DNA of 64,000 nt from assembly GCF_031769215.1 (NCBI RefSeq), contig NW_026782651.1, forward strand, positions 186,001-250,000, given 5' to 3'. The translations under genes were made by a program, and so were the position numbers. Origin of the DNA: Ylistrum balloti. Its lineage: Eukaryota. A model generated the notes under the pieces. That model worked only from the letters and a program-made list of their open reading frames with translations. It was not told where the DNA came from and did no database searches. Below are positions 50,111-64,000 of this stretch, piece after piece (within the stretch, counting starts at the first letter, position 1; the number at the start of each line of letters is the position of its first letter).

Positions 50111-53100
50111 TTGAGTTTGAGTTATAATTCTGTCCACATGTTGGTATTCCCTTTATTTTTTTTTTATTTATCTGTTACGTACAAATAGTTTCATACCAAA
50201 TTCTATATCTGACTATCTATCGTTAAACAAACTTCCTTTGTTTGCTTATAAAAACCTAGGACTATAAACGAGAGGGTGCACGCATCTACACAGACACTAT
50301 CAAACATGGATTAAAAATATCATATCAAGTCATACCGCACTGGTCTCTTCAGTCTATCAGAGTGTATTACATTCAGTACAAAGAACGTGTGTCCTTGTGT
50401 AGTTAACATAATATATTGTTTTCCGTTTCGGAAGCAGGGAGGAATAAAAAAAAACTTTTAAAGATATCCGGCTCTAAGCAGCATTTCAAGTCACGTGGTG
50501 ATGTGAAATGCACAGTACAGCTTTAAGGCGCAGTATGAATTGTAAAACTGTACAAATGTTTGGGTCAAGAAGTGACGATTTGTTTTATCTCGTGCAGTAA
50601 TCCCCCGTTAGCAGTATTAGCCTGGTGATCGGTGAGGGCCACGCCCAATGTGGATACACACCTACGCGCATATTTCTGCATCAGGCGATCAGCGCCATGT
50701 ACCACGTGCGTGTGACAATTTACAGGATTGGAAAAAGTGTGTGATCTGCCACGCATACGTATGCGAGCTTTATATGTATGAAAACTTTGAGATTGTTTAG
50801 GGTTTTATGAGAAAGTACATTTTCAGATGCACGGTTAACAAGGAGCAGTCAGGAACCGTGTCCGCCATATAAACGTGTGTGTATATCATTTGTGTCGAGA
50901 TTACTGGTGTACGTGTGCTGTGCAAATGGAAGGTTAAAACATTAAATACATCCCACACTTGTGTACTGTGTAAATCATAGACAGACAAGTAAAGGTACCA
51001 AATACAGGTAACATTTAAACACGTATAGATCTATATATTTACAAATATGATTAAAGGTTGGCATTGACCTACTTTCGCCCTTAACGACGGACGCCGTGAC
51101 GGGTTGGACTAACACCAACAGCGTGTATTCACGTGTGGGGCCCATATACCCGGCGTTTACTACGGCACCAGCACATGGTCCACATAAAGTTAGGACGTAA
51201 CCTACTTGTTCTTCTTAATTACAGGTATCCCCAGGGAAAACACGTATATAACGGTGTCCGATAAAGGTAAGCAATACGAGATTTTTTCTATATTGTAATA
51301 TAGATATATATATGTCAATTTCTGCTGTCCGTCATATTTTTATTGACTATCGCTAGGACGCACACCTACCTGGAATATGTTGACATTCACAATTCCTGAA
51401 TCGGGCAAGTATTATTACAATGGGCGATATTGGATATATATTTATTTGTTTGTCTTTTTATTAATTCGTCAAAAATGTTCATTATTCATGTGAATATGAC
51501 CGTGATATCCCCGAATTAAATGTAATTTCCATTTATAAGCAGTGTCTCCGAAAGGCCGTGGCCGTAGTGGGCTACACGTGTACAGTGTTAATTTAATAAA
51601 TGCGTTTGCTATAGATAGTTTACTTAGTCGATAGGAATACATAACAAGTATGATTTAGTGATTTGTGTAAGTTATGAGATCATGTTTCACATTTAAAAAT
51701 GGTAATGAAACACGTAAATTCGTCAATATATATATATATATAAAAATAACAATACTTTCGATTGTTAAAAAAACTCGCATCCAAATTGTCTTCATTGCTT
51801 TATCTAGTCGTTATGTCAGCACAGTGGTATTGATAGTCAACTTCGTTTGAAAAAAAATGTGTGAGAATTTTGTTTCCTTAATTATTGTTTTCCTGTCGTT
51901 AAGAAACGAACAACATCGAAGATCATTGTTAAAGGTTCTGTCCAAGGACAGACTGGTATATTTGTCAGTATACCAAACTAGAACTACACACGTGTGTCGG
52001 CTTGTCATTCCTCCAATACATACCTGTGTGACAAATTAATCGCCTTACTTACAACTGATTACACGTGGAGGTTTCCTGCTTACTGACACGGCAGAGTCAC
52101 GGAATGGTATACAAGAACAATCAGTTGTTTAATAAAGTACAAATCAGGTCTAAATACTTTCATACAAGTCTACTGTTAGTCCGAGATATGAAATCGCTGA
52201 CAATTTAAGTACCACTTAGTGTTCCTAACTTGGTGGAGAAGTTACACGAACAGTAGGACAAATCCCATCCCTTAAAAGAAGATTCTGTAATCAATATTTT
52301 AAAAGTAACCATTCGACCCCACCGTACCGCTCACTGTCGTCCGACATTGATTTTTTTTTGTATTTGTTGATGGCAAACCGTTTCTATTTGTCCAGTATAT
52401 AACCATATTTTCTTGTGTACATGTATGTAGTCCTTGACAATCATAATTGATCGATATCATTGTCAACTGCAGTGCCGCCGCCCTTCATTTTTTTCGGTCC
52501 TCGATACAAACAGTAAGACTTCTTATCGGTATTATGGAAACCATTCTTTCTTTTCATGAATTTAAAAGTTCCCGAAGTGCATACGTCACAATGACGCCTT
52601 AAACATCACCCAAGGTCACACTTTTAATATCTGCTGTCGTAATTAACATGTTAAATCTTGCCGTATGTTTGCCTGTTATGCAGGAGTTCTTTCTGGATTA
52701 CAGACACAAACAATGTTAGTTGGAACGGTTTACCATCTGACATATCATGAGCCATGACTTGTCGGTAATTTAAAAAAAAACCCAAGCTATTCAGTAATTT
52801 GCCGCTCCAGAAGGCCCAAGGCTGGATATAACTCCCGAAACCTTTTTAAATGTTCAACACGCCTTATTTGATGTACTGATTTGTTGTCTGTCCTCGCCAA
52901 ACCCATCAACCATTCATTACTCCAAACTCCAGTTACGACCTTTCTGAACTTGGACGTCTTAACCTCCTACACTATTGCATCGTGTTTAGCATGTAAGGTA
53001 TTTCATTCAAGAAGGACACACTGACATATCTGATCTACCTTTATATATATATACAGAATGTTCACATTTGAGAAAACCTTTCACACAACATCTGTAAATA

Positions 53101-53384
53101 GATCTGTTCAACTCCTGAGAAACACGAGAATTCGTTTAGGCCAATGACCAAACACTGGATATGCTCTGAATTCTAATGTAAATATGTCAACAAACCGTAA
53201 AGCTTTATTTATGAAGTACAGAGGGTATGTAGTCATGCATGACTTTGCGAAGGTTACCACAATTCTGCCTCCCTGTTCTAAGTGTTAAAAGTGTAGTGTT
53301 ATATATAGATATGTGGTATACAGGTGACCATTGAATGTTCGCTTACTATTGATTAAGTATTTTGACTGGCAACAGAAATATCGT

Positions 53385-54200
53385 CTGTATCATACCTGTG
53401 TTACTCAGAAATCTGTAGACATCAGCTAACAGCTGACAATATACCCTATAGGTCGTATACAAATGTATAAATATACCTGTGTTACTCAGAAATCTGTAGA
53501 CATCGGCTAACAATGACAATATACCCTATAGGTCGTATACAAATGTATAAATATACCTGTGTTACTCAGAAATCTGTAGACATCAGCTAACACCTGACAA
53601 CATACCCTATAGGTCGTATACAAATGTATAAATATACCTGTGTTACTCAGAAATCTGTAGACATCGGCTAACACCTGACAATATACCCTATAGGTTGTAT
53701 ACAAATGTATAAATATCATACCTGTGTTACTCAGAAATCTGTAGACACCAGCTAACAGCTGACAATATACCCTATAGGTCGTATACAAATGTGTAAATAT
53801 ACCTGTGTTACTCAGAAATCTGTGGACATCGGCTAACAATGACAATATACCCTATAGGTCGTATACAAATGTATAAATATCATACCTGTGTTACTCAGAA
53901 ATCTGTAGACATCAGCTAACAGCTGACAATATACCCTATAGGTCGTATACAAATGTGTAAATATACCTGTGTTACTCAGAAATCTGTAGACATCGGCTAA
54001 CAATGACAATATACCCTATAGGTCGTATACAAATGTATAAATATACCTGTGTTACTCAGAAATCTGTAGACATCGGCTAACACCTGACAATATACCCTAT
54101 AGGTTGTATACAAAGGTATAAATATCATATCTGTGGTACTCAGAAATTTGTAGACATCGGCTAACACCTGACAATGTACCCAATATATACTCCTATGTCG
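53385..54200. repeat. ~81-bp tandem repeat (~10 copies)
   Basis: Unit atacctgtgttactcagaaatctgtagacatcggctaacacctgacaatataccctataggtcgtatacaaatgtataaat, with small indels. Confidence 0.95.
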
Positions 54201-54644
54201 CATACAAATATATAAATGAAAAGATAGTTTGGTTACACCAATCTATTGCAAGACTGAATGAAACTGTTATAGCTGGTCGTCTGCGCAATCTAGAAATAAA
54301 TAACGTCTGGAGACGGACATTACTCGGTTATCGCCCCTACCTCTATAAATATGTATCAGTCATATTTATGTTTTCATTTCTTAGCATCATTCTCTTGCTT
54401 TTCGATGAAGTCTCCTAACACTTCCACAGTCACTTTAAGTACTTCCGATAGGCTTTTCGCCATGATAAGGAACTATAATCAGGTATATTCTAGGTCGTGG
54501 CCATTCAGTTTTGTGGTATTTTCGTTGTACTTCAGTTTGGTACAGCTAGTAGTCTTTCAACTTAGCGACACGTTTCAAATATTTTTCAGGTTAGTTACCT
54601 TTTCCGAGTAGTGACGTTTCAATGCCGTGGGACATTGATGACGT

Positions 54645-55915
54645 TTGGTTTGGTGACACCTTGGTAACATTTTAGTATGGTGACACATTGGTAACGTTTT
54701 AGTATGGTGACACATTGGTAACGTTTTAGTATGGTGACACATTGGTAACGTTTTAGTATGGTGACACATTGGTAACGTTTTAGTATGGTGACACATTGGT
54801 AACGTTTTAGTATGGTGACACATTGGTAACGTTTTAGTATGGTGACACATTGGTAACGTTTTAGTATGGTGACACATTGGTAACGTTTTAGTATGGTGAC
54901 ACATTGATAACGTTTTAGTATGGTGACACATTGGTAACGTTTAATATGGTGACACATTGGTAACGTTTTAGTATGGTGACACATTTGTAACGTTTTAGTA
55001 TGGTGACACATTTGTAACGTTTTAGTATGGTGACACATTGGTAACGTTTTAGTATGGTGACACCTTGGTAACGTTTTAGTATGGTGACACATTGGTGACG
55101 TTTTAGTATGGTGACACATTGGTAACGTTTTAGTATGGTGACACATTGGTAACGTTTTAGTATGGTGACACATTGGTAACGTTTTAGTATGGTGACACAT
55201 TTGTAACGTTTTAGTATGGTGACACATTTGTAACGTTTTAGTATGGTGACACAATGGTGACGTTTTAGTATGGTGACACATTGGTAACGTTTTAGTATGG
55301 TGACACATTTGTAACGTTTTAGTATGGTGACACATTGGTAACGTTTTAGTATGGTGACACATTGGTAACGTTTTAGTATGGTGACACATTGATAACGTTT
55401 TAGTATGGTGACACATTGGTAACGTTTTAGTATGGTGACACATTGGTAACGTTTTAGTATGGTGACACATTTGTAACGTTTTAGTATGGTGACACATTTG
55501 TAACGTTTTAGTATGGTGACACATTGGTAACGTTTTAGTATGGTGACACCTTGGTAACGTTTTAGTATGGAGACACATTGGTGACGTTTTAGTATGGTGA
55601 CACATTGGTAACGTTTTAGTATGGTGACACATTGGTAACGTTTTAGTATGGTGACACATTTGTAATGTTTTAGTATGGTGACACATTGGTAACGTTTTAG
55701 TATGGTGACACATTGGTAACGTTTTAGTATGGTGACACATTTGTTACCTTTTTAGTATGGTGACACATTTGTGATATTTTTAGAATGGTGACACATTGGT
55801 GACATTTTTAAATATGATGGAACACTTGTGACATTTTCAGAATGGTAACAGCTTTGGACATTTTTAGTATGGTTAGATCTTGCTTGTGTTTTTGATATGG
55901 TGACACATTTGTTTC
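54645..55915. repeat. 27-bp tandem repeat (>40 copies, degenerating rightwards)
   Basis: Unit ggtgacacattggtaacgttttagtat. It is the source of the MCHHTKTLP ORFs. Confidence 0.96.
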
Positions 55916-56779
55916 TTTTTTAGTATGATGACACGTTGTTAACGCTCTCAGTTTTCACCGATGGCTATGAAATATATCACATTTTATGTCCCCTTAATGT
56001 TGTTCTTTTTGTGAAATCTTCTTAAAGGAGGAAATAAAGAGAACAATAATAACCTTTAATTCTTCTAATTGCTTTGTAAAACCTCTAAGCGTTATGTTCT
56101 CAATATTTTCATCATACGTTAGTTATTTCTGTATGTGGCATGTACACGTTATACTTTCAATACTGTTTCAACAGACCGTAAACTATCTGTCTAACGTTCT
56201 ACTTAGTCCTGCTTCGACAGGTGGCTTTCTTAACGAACGTTCGCACTTTCTACCTCGAATCATTGACAATAATTGCTTTGGGATGTTCCAAGATTCGGAT
56301 TGATGGTGAAATACCGAATCAGATAATAATATTGATTTTATTGGTGACATTTGTTACACATTTAAATCCATTGTGTCATTCGATAGAAGTGCAATGTCGT
56401 CTGTGACTTTTGGCGCGCTAATATATGTCCCGATAGAGACGTCTATGCGATGATGGTCTAAAGCGTCAAATAAATCGTCATTTTATCATTTGTGCGGAAT
56501 GTTCATACACTAGATCGTATTTGTATCATTTGTTAGGAGGATGTATAACATCAGCCAGAGGTCGCCCTTGATATCAAACTAATGATGTATCTGATTAAAC
56601 CATACTGCCACACAAAGTCCAGACTTACTATATATCAAAGGTCATTAGCACCAAAATATCATTTCTGTCCTTGCTTTCATATAAAGCTTCAGAGGCGATG
56701 GACACCGTGTTATCAGGGGTGGTTTTTGGCCCGGAACTTTGTTGTAGCCAATGCTGTGAGGTTTTATGTAATTCATTCT

Positions 56780-56930
56780 ATGTACCTGGTATAAGAGTAT
56801 GACACCCGTAGTTCCTTGGTTTGATCCTTTTCGCTTTCGTACATCGGTATAAGGATGTCTTGCTTATAAGATACCTTGGAGTCTACTAGACTCTAAGATG
56901 CCGTTGAGAATATCTGTGGTCAGCGTGACT
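56780..56930 (-). mobile_element. Decayed LINE reverse-transcriptase fragment
   Basis: Frameshifted pieces TDILNGILES, KQDILIPMYESEKDQTK and NY(R)GVILL resemble the LINE RT motif 'FN.IL.SG...WK.G.I.PI.K..D...NYRGISLL'. Confidence 0.4.
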
Positions 56931-58002
56931 GACTGCCGGCTGCCTGCCCTCGTTGAGGTGCAGCTTTCTTCTTGTCCTGTTGCCCGACTTCTGTATAACC
57001 TGATGATTGACGATGGTAGTATCTGGAGGTGATACAAGCTAGTGGGTGTTGCGGTGACTTTAGACTTTCATGTTTCTTGTAGACAGTGTTGGTTAAGCAC
57101 CCAGTTTGGTCGTTCGGCCGAAAAGTAGGTGTGTATATCTGCTTGGTATGTATCGATTGTATGGCTTTGGCCTCCGCTTCCTAGAGGATTGAGGTGCTAT
57201 TTTGGAACACAAAGACGTCAAATATCTTTAGGTAAATCGACCACCATGGACATAGAGTCAGTACATACACGTATATACACGCTGTTTATCGAACTATCGA
57301 TTGTAAGTCATATTTGTTTCTACTTACAACTACAATTTGTAATTCTTTATCTTTGACTTCTCTGAATTATATAGTATTAATAATTATGTTGATGTTGCTT
57401 TTCCTTTTGTTTTGGTGCCCCTATGATCGTCAGAATGATAATGTGATAAGGTTGTGGTAATGTGACAGTTGTGAACCTTGTGTCAAGCTCTTATCAGGTG
57501 ATTAAGGTAGTACCCTCCACTTAATTAAAAACAGTAATTAGTTCACATATTGGTGAGGTGCTTCGTATTATTGCGTATAAAAAGTAATATTGGAAAGGGA
57601 ATCAAACTGTATATATTGTCTTCTGATGATACTTTAAAAAAATGTAAATAAATAAATAAAAACAAGCCGTATTTACCGTACTTACCGTGATGGAATCCCG
57701 CATATTTAACCTCACTGTATATGTTAATACTATATTATTACACTCGATTCTGATATAACACGAATACCATTATTGTGTGCATATTACAGCATGGACCTGT
57801 GACATTATTAACAATGTTATGTCTGACACAGCCTGACAGAACATTTCACACTAAGCAGAAACCGATAATCATCCATTTATACCTACTGTTGTACAAAAGT
57901 GTAGAATTACATACGAGTCAGATAATTAATTGTTTCGTACTTTTAGGACACATCATTCCTGCTTAGGGCTCATATTTTGAAACTTTTCCATGTAAGTCAA
58001 TA

Positions 58003-58937
58003 GTGTAGATCTACATGACATTTTACCTGGTCAATACAGTATAGATCCACATGACATATTACCTCATCAATACAGTGTAGATCTACATGATATTTACCTC
58101 ATCAATACAGTGTAGATCTACATGACATTTTACCTCTTCAGTACAGTGTATATCTACATGACATTTTACCTCATCAGTACAGTATAGATCTACATGACAT
58201 TTTACCTCATCAGTACAGTATAGATCTACATGACATTTATGTCATCAATACAGTGTAGATCTACATTACATTTTACCTCATCAGGACAGTGTAGATCTAC
58301 ATGACATTTACCTCATCAGTACAGTGTAGATCTACATGACATTTTACCTCATCAATACAGTGTAGATCTACATGACATTTTGCCTCATCAATACAGTGTA
58401 GATCTACATGACATTTTACCTCATCAATACAGTGTAGATCTACATGACATTTTACCTCATCAATACAGTGTAGATCTACATGACATTTTACCTCATCAGT
58501 ACAGTGTAGATCTACATGACATTTTACCTCATCAATACAGTGTAGATCTACATGACATTTTACCTCATCAGTACAGTGTAGATCTACATGACATTTTACC
58601 TCATCAGTACAGTGTAGATCTACATGACATTTTACCTCATCAGTACAGTGTAGATCTACATGACATTTTACCTCATCAATACAGTGTAGATCTACATGAC
58701 ATTTTACCTCATCAATACAGTGTAGATCTACATGACATTTTACCTCATCAGTACAGTATAGATCTACATGACATTTTACCTCATCAGTACGGTGTATATT
58801 TACATGACATTTTACCTGGTCAATACAGTATAGATCTACATGACATTTTACCTCATCAATACAGTGTAGATCTACATGACATTTCAGCTCATCAATACAG
58901 TGTAGATCTACATAACATTTTACCTCATCAATACAGT
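58003..58937. repeat. 36-bp tandem repeat (~26 copies) with an internal 12-bp palindrome
   Basis: Unit tacagtgtagatctacatgacattttacctcatcaa, containing the palindrome TGTAGATCTACA. Confidence 0.96.
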
Positions 58938-59871
58938 TCACCAGTGGTTAAAAGTTTGTTTGTTTTTGGGTTTTTTTTCAGAATTGCAATATAGGAAATC
59001 ACTATGACAAATGCCTTGTATTTTCCATAATATAGTTATTGTTAATTAATTATTGTGACGCTAGAAATTATATTTTAAAATCTCGACAAGAAACTTTCCA
59101 TTCAAGATATGTGGTTATATGGTACGCGGTTGATTGAAATCAGTTTGTACATGCATTGCCAATCAATACCCTTTCAACTTGTCGTTATGCCGTCAAAATG
59201 ACAAAAGACAGTAAATGAAAAAGCAACACAGAATGACCTGAGAAGTGAATTAGTTAACGAACAGCCAGCTGACTGTGTATTAACACCAAAGCGAGGCTAT
59301 AGTTGTATACTTTACTCTCACAGACAATTTTAGATGATTCGTCTGGATACCCTGATTGTCATATCAATGATTCCCGACAGGAAATAATCATAGTAAACGT
59401 TTTTGTACGTAACACTCTAACATTTTTTATCAGCCCAAGCTTAAAAGCCATTAAGTGAAACTGCTAATTTTATTGCTGTGTTTATCTCGACATGAACAGA
59501 TAGTGTAATTTTCAGGCTAGGTTTGTTTGTTGTTCACAAAGAGAAACATATAAGAGTCCCGTTCCATATAAAATGTTATACAAAGCAACTATAAGGCGTC
59601 TTGCTGAATGACACAGAACAGACATCACAAGACGAACAGTCACTTGATTTTCAGCATCAATTTTAAGCTTAAAAAAGAACCAATTCTTGTGAATATTAGA
59701 ACTGTTTTCTCTCTTTGAGTTGTGATTTGGTTCTGACATTTAGGTATTTGTGTATATATAACTTTCAAATGATGCAAACTGTGATGTTAAGTGTTATCGT
59801 AGCTCTAGGTATAATACCATGGCATATATGTAGTAATTTTTTCTTTCTCCTTTTTCAGGAAACATCGAACC

Positions 59872-62800
59872 ATGTCGAATCATTCTGTTGTAAACAGCAT
59901 ACTGCTGGCTTATGAAGAGGGGAAGTCAACTCGAGGTAAGATTAACTTCAAAAAATTTATTTGTAAATCAAGGTTTAGAATTCAGATAAAAAATCTCTCC
60001 ATAAAAATAACGTTTCATTACACGATTTGGTAGCATGAGTTTATTTCAGTTGGACAGATTGACCTTTTTTCCTGAACTTCTGTTCTCAGTAGTTTTCGTT
60101 TGGAATATCGTTTAAAAAAAGAACATTTAACGAGGTCTGATTTGATCAAACCACGTTTCTGCAGAACACAAGGAAACTGAAATTTCTGCTTAAAATATGA
60201 AATATTTTACATCTGTGATAAGCAAATCTATGAAATATATACACTACAGGTATGAAATAAATCACTGTAAAAGTCTTCGCATGCTCCAATTTTCGCAATT
60301 CTCGAGGTTGTATTTCAACCACGAAATATAATTCAAGTGAAAATGTGGTGTAATGTAGATAGATATATTTACCATAGCAACGAATTTTATGCTCCATCTA
60401 CATGTACGTACTGATTCTTGGAGTCGTCTTAGTGAGTTAAGGACATTTAAAACTTTCAAATTTAATTAAACGTGCGAATATAATTTTAAACACATGAATT
60501 TCACTTACCTGAGGAGATAAATTTATTAGAACAGAGGAAATTTAGTCCATGATAAATTACTATGACAGAATCATGTACGATAAAATGATAGTAATGTTGT
60601 CTTTGTAGAAAGTACGTGTAGTTTTTGTCCTGTGAACTTGACACAAATAAATGCATAGAAAGAACAATCAGTGAAATGTCATGATAATAATTTAATTTGA
60701 AGGTAACAATGTAACCAATGTTATATACTGAAAGGATCAAGAAACGCAACTTCTTTAATTGTAAAATATTTTGTATTAATTGTATATATCATATATATAT
60801 ATTAATATCGGTCCATTAGGGTCGCTCGCTCGCGTGACAGGAGATTAACTGCGGCCAAAACGGCACGAAACACCATTAAAAACTGAGAAATAAACTGCGG
60901 AAGACAAATTTAGCACACGTCGCCAGTACGTTGGTTTGCAACTGTCACCTCAACGTCGATCACGTTGTATGCGATGATTGACAGCAAATGTGCCCAGACG
61001 TTTCTCTTTGAGACGTTGGAGGTCCATGCTCTTCACGGAAGAATCTCAATTTACGTTATTTCGATCAGATGGCCGTCAACATGTGTACCAGCGTCGTTGA
61101 GAGCGCGTCTTGCAGACACTTGTGTTTTGGATTATGACAGATTTGGGGGTAGATCGGTTATGGTTTGGGGAGGGATTTCCTATGGTTTACAGACACCTTT
61201 AGTGATCATTCACAGGAATTAAACGGCTGTATAATATTGATATGAGGGTCTGAGACATCCTGCTGTGCCTTTCATTATAAGGCACCATTTGACAAACCAG
61301 CATACTAACGCTATGTCACACGTTGCAAGAGTTTGTAGGGACTGTCCTGCAACATTGCCCCTATTGTTTGACCACCATAGAGTCCTATATGTCCCTAGTC
61401 GAATACTTGTGGGATGAATCAGACAGAAGAGTTTTGAATCGGGCAAACATCCCAAATAGCCTCTGCCAATTGGCTAACGCCCTTACCAAGGATGGGATAA
61501 CATTCCTCTACGGAATTCCATGCTACGATGAATTAGAGACGCTATAGTTGTACGGAGAGGGCACACCCGATATTAGGGATCGGTCTGACAACTTCTATTA
61601 TCAAAGTTTTGTGTGCATTAGGGTGCCCTTATTCATGACAGCCAAATGAAATCCTCATTTGTTAAAATGTGAAGACGGATGAGCCAATGTTCGAAGTGGA
61701 CTAATGCATTTCACATTTCGGCACATTGATCCTCAAAATGATTTCCTGAAACCGAAGAGGTAATGTTGCGTTTCTTTTTCTTCTCAGTATGTCAATATCG
61801 TTTATATAACACCATATACAGTATATTATCTCTTGTTTGATAGAAGGAACATCTGCTAATTGTTTATGTCACATGCTCTAATTACAGACCCCCGCACACG
61901 CTATTGGTTTCTACTGGACGATAATCCAATGCATGTTTGGATCCTCACAGCTTTATACGTCGCCTTTGCTATCATCGGTCCGAAAGTAATGAAGGACAGG
62001 AAACCGTTCCATCTGCAAACATTTATGGTCTTGTACAACTTTGGTCTAGTTCTTCTGTCTTTATATTTAATGATTGAGGTAAGAATTACGTAAACAAAAA
62101 ACATTTGACTGCATAATAACCAATATTCTTGGACAAAACGTAAACCCTCCCACCCACCAATAAATAAACATGTAAACAAAACCCAAAAGCAGTTAACCAG
62201 AAATATGCTCTAGACAGAATATGTGAAAAATTCCAAGAATTTTAGGATGTTGAGGTTCCACAATTTATCTTTACTGTGTAAGTTTAAATAAACAAATCGT
62301 GCCACCTGCAGTTTTTTTTAAATGTGATGAAAACATTAATTGATACATATATATATAGAACCTTTATTAAAGCAGTTAGATCGGATTACTTTAATTATGT
62401 ACCATATTAACTTTGCATCACCGTGAACCTGAGACTATTAGTAAGTATAGGCAACAAAAAGGAATATATGTGCAACAGTTTAAACATTCACTATCTTCTT
62501 ATTGATAAGGTGTCCATGTGAGATTTGAAATTGTTATATACCAGTATTAAATAAAGATGTAAACCTGCCTTTTGTTGTAGATATGCATTCCTTTAGATTT
62601 ATAAAATTCTCTGTGGATAATCTATGAATAATTCCAAATGATATCATATCATTTCTTTGCTCTGAATAGATGTGTACTCGTGTGTCAACAAACATTTTAT
62701 ACGGAAATTCCTAAATGTTGTCAGTGTGACATGAAATTGATATTGTCCTAATTTTTGAAACATGAATTCTGTTAGGAAATTTAGTATTACCACTGAAGTA

Positions 62801-63085
62801 AGAAAGGGTTGTACAAAAGACACGCAAGATGTTAATACCTGCGTAAACCTATTCAATGCTAGTTATTTTTTGTTTTAGAAACTCGTAATGAGATACCACA
62901 TTATGATTCAAATCTCTGTCATTTTAATCAGACGAATCGTTATCACCGTATAAATTATGAAAATGGTACTAATGTCTTTCTTTCAGATTATCGCCAGTGC
63001 ATATGATATTGGATATTTTGATAAAGATCCATGGTGCTGCACCTACCACCATCTAAGGACACCAAACAATCCAAAGGAGTTGCGG
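59872..63085 (+). CDS. ELOVL: ELOVL-family very-long-chain fatty acid elongase, 5' part (continues beyond the window)
   Basis: Exons 59872-59935 (MSNHSVVNSILLAYEEGKSTR), 61888-62078 (DPRTRYWFLLDDNP...IGPKVMKDRKPFHLQTFMVLYNFGLVLLSLYLMIE) and 62987-63085 (IIASAYDIGYF...CC...NNPKELR). The DPR, GPK.MKDRKPF and LYN motifs are typical of ELOVL. The HxxHH exon is not in the window, so the subfamily is not assigned. Confidence 0.9.
60726..61789 (+). mobile_element. Decayed Tc1/mariner DNA transposon in the first coding intron of ELOVL
   Basis: Imperfect TIRs tactgaaaggatcaagaaacgcaac (60726-60750) and gttgcgtttctttttcttctcagta (61765-61789) with TA ends. Broken transposase pieces DRFGGRSVMVWGGISYGLQTPLVII and VEYLWDESDRRV are Tc1 DDE-region motifs. 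Confidence 0.85.
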
Positions 63086-64000
63086 GTACGTCATATATCA
63101 TAGATATTTGAAAATCTACACGAAAAGTATTCTATATCCGAAGTCTCGAAATTATCGTTAATTCATTCTGACATCGGTATTGCTTTGACAAATACTATTC
63201 CTTGTAAAGACAAGGATAACGACATTGTCATATACTGTAAAGCTTTTAATCTTCGCGTGCTATTAGTTATCTTGATGGTCAAAGAAACAAAAGACCACGG
63301 ACATACTTTTGAGAGCTGCAATTGTTATATTTACCGCAAAACTGATTAGCATTAACTGAGGACATATGCTGGTTTATGAAAATAAACTAATGTCATGTTC
63401 TATCACTGAATAGAACTCTTTCATCGTAAGAAATTCAAACATCTCCTTTACCTTAACAAGAAACACAAAACATCGCAAGGTGTATGAACATGCATAACGA
63501 GCAAAAAGCCTTTATTGACAAGTTATGAAATATAATCTATGGCGTTAAACGAAAGATAAATGATAAAATGCTGTATGAAAACCTATTGGGCTTTGCTCTA
63601 ATATGCACACATTAGCAATACACACAACCTGCAAGGTACACTGTACATGATGTTTGTATGATAAAACACCTTATCGACTAGAATCAACAAAGGAATGAGT
63701 CATACAGCGGGTCCTTCAGTTAACAAGGTGTTGGCTGTCCTATCGTATGTTTGGTTTATTTCTGTGCAATTCGTGTTAGGATACCGTAATATAGGTGATT
63801 TTTTTTATTGTTATACAGACATATAAATACAGCAAAGTCAAATGTCGAAGAAACCATTGTTTTGGAAATGTTATACTATTTTTTAAATGTACCCCGGGTT
63901 TGTTTAATTTGACATATAACTTTCAATACCAATTTTGTTTGTAGTAGTAAAAAATAATTATTGTATGCGATTTTATCTCAGTCTTGAAAGTTACTGAAGC

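Noticed and set aside
54575-55740. 373-aa MCHHTKTLP-repeat ORF, superficially metal-binding or biomineralisation-like
   Set aside because: Product of a 27-bp satellite that is stop-free by chance, with no signal peptide, splice context or unique flanks.
58297-58994. Cys/His/Asp-rich repeat ORFs (HCIDEVKCHVDL; LPHQYSVDLHDI)
   Set aside because: 36-bp satellite open in two minus-strand frames; no gene context.
61844-61887. ELOVL starting at ORF-track 61860 (MFMSHALIT)
   Set aside because: There is an in-frame stop at 61857, and a better model uses the phase-1 acceptor at 61888 (G|AC = Asp of DPR) joined to the exon at 59872-59935.

Overview
AT-rich, intron-rich animal genomic DNA, most likely a bivalve mollusc (inferred from the C1q-domain gene expansion and the repeat types). 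Gene models were built by hand from splice sites and exon phases. (1) A minus-strand mitochondrial ClpP-family gene runs off the left edge. Its ORF and exon structure are intact, but the catalytic Ser and His are replaced (AASMG->ATDMG, IMIHQP->ITLTQP). (2) Head-to-head with it is a 9-exon, ~813-aa plus-strand gene with an N-terminal CARD-like domain fused to an APPBP2-like TPR region. The acceptor of its exon 8 is tandemly duplicated nine times in frame. (3) Six secreted C1q-domain (C1qDC) loci lie at 19.9-44.7 kb: three intact, one with a single nonsense codon, one multiply broken and one degenerate. (4) An ELOVL fatty-acid elongase gene runs off the right edge. (5) Repeats and mobile elements include about ten unrelated tandem arrays, a 63-bp hammerhead-ribozyme-derived array with one canonical core, two long inverted-repeat structures, a CR1 LINE 3' end, a decayed Tc1/mariner and RT fragments. 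Most long ORFs in the supplied track are artefacts of the tandem repeats. No database search or folding computation was run; protein family calls rest on remembered motifs.
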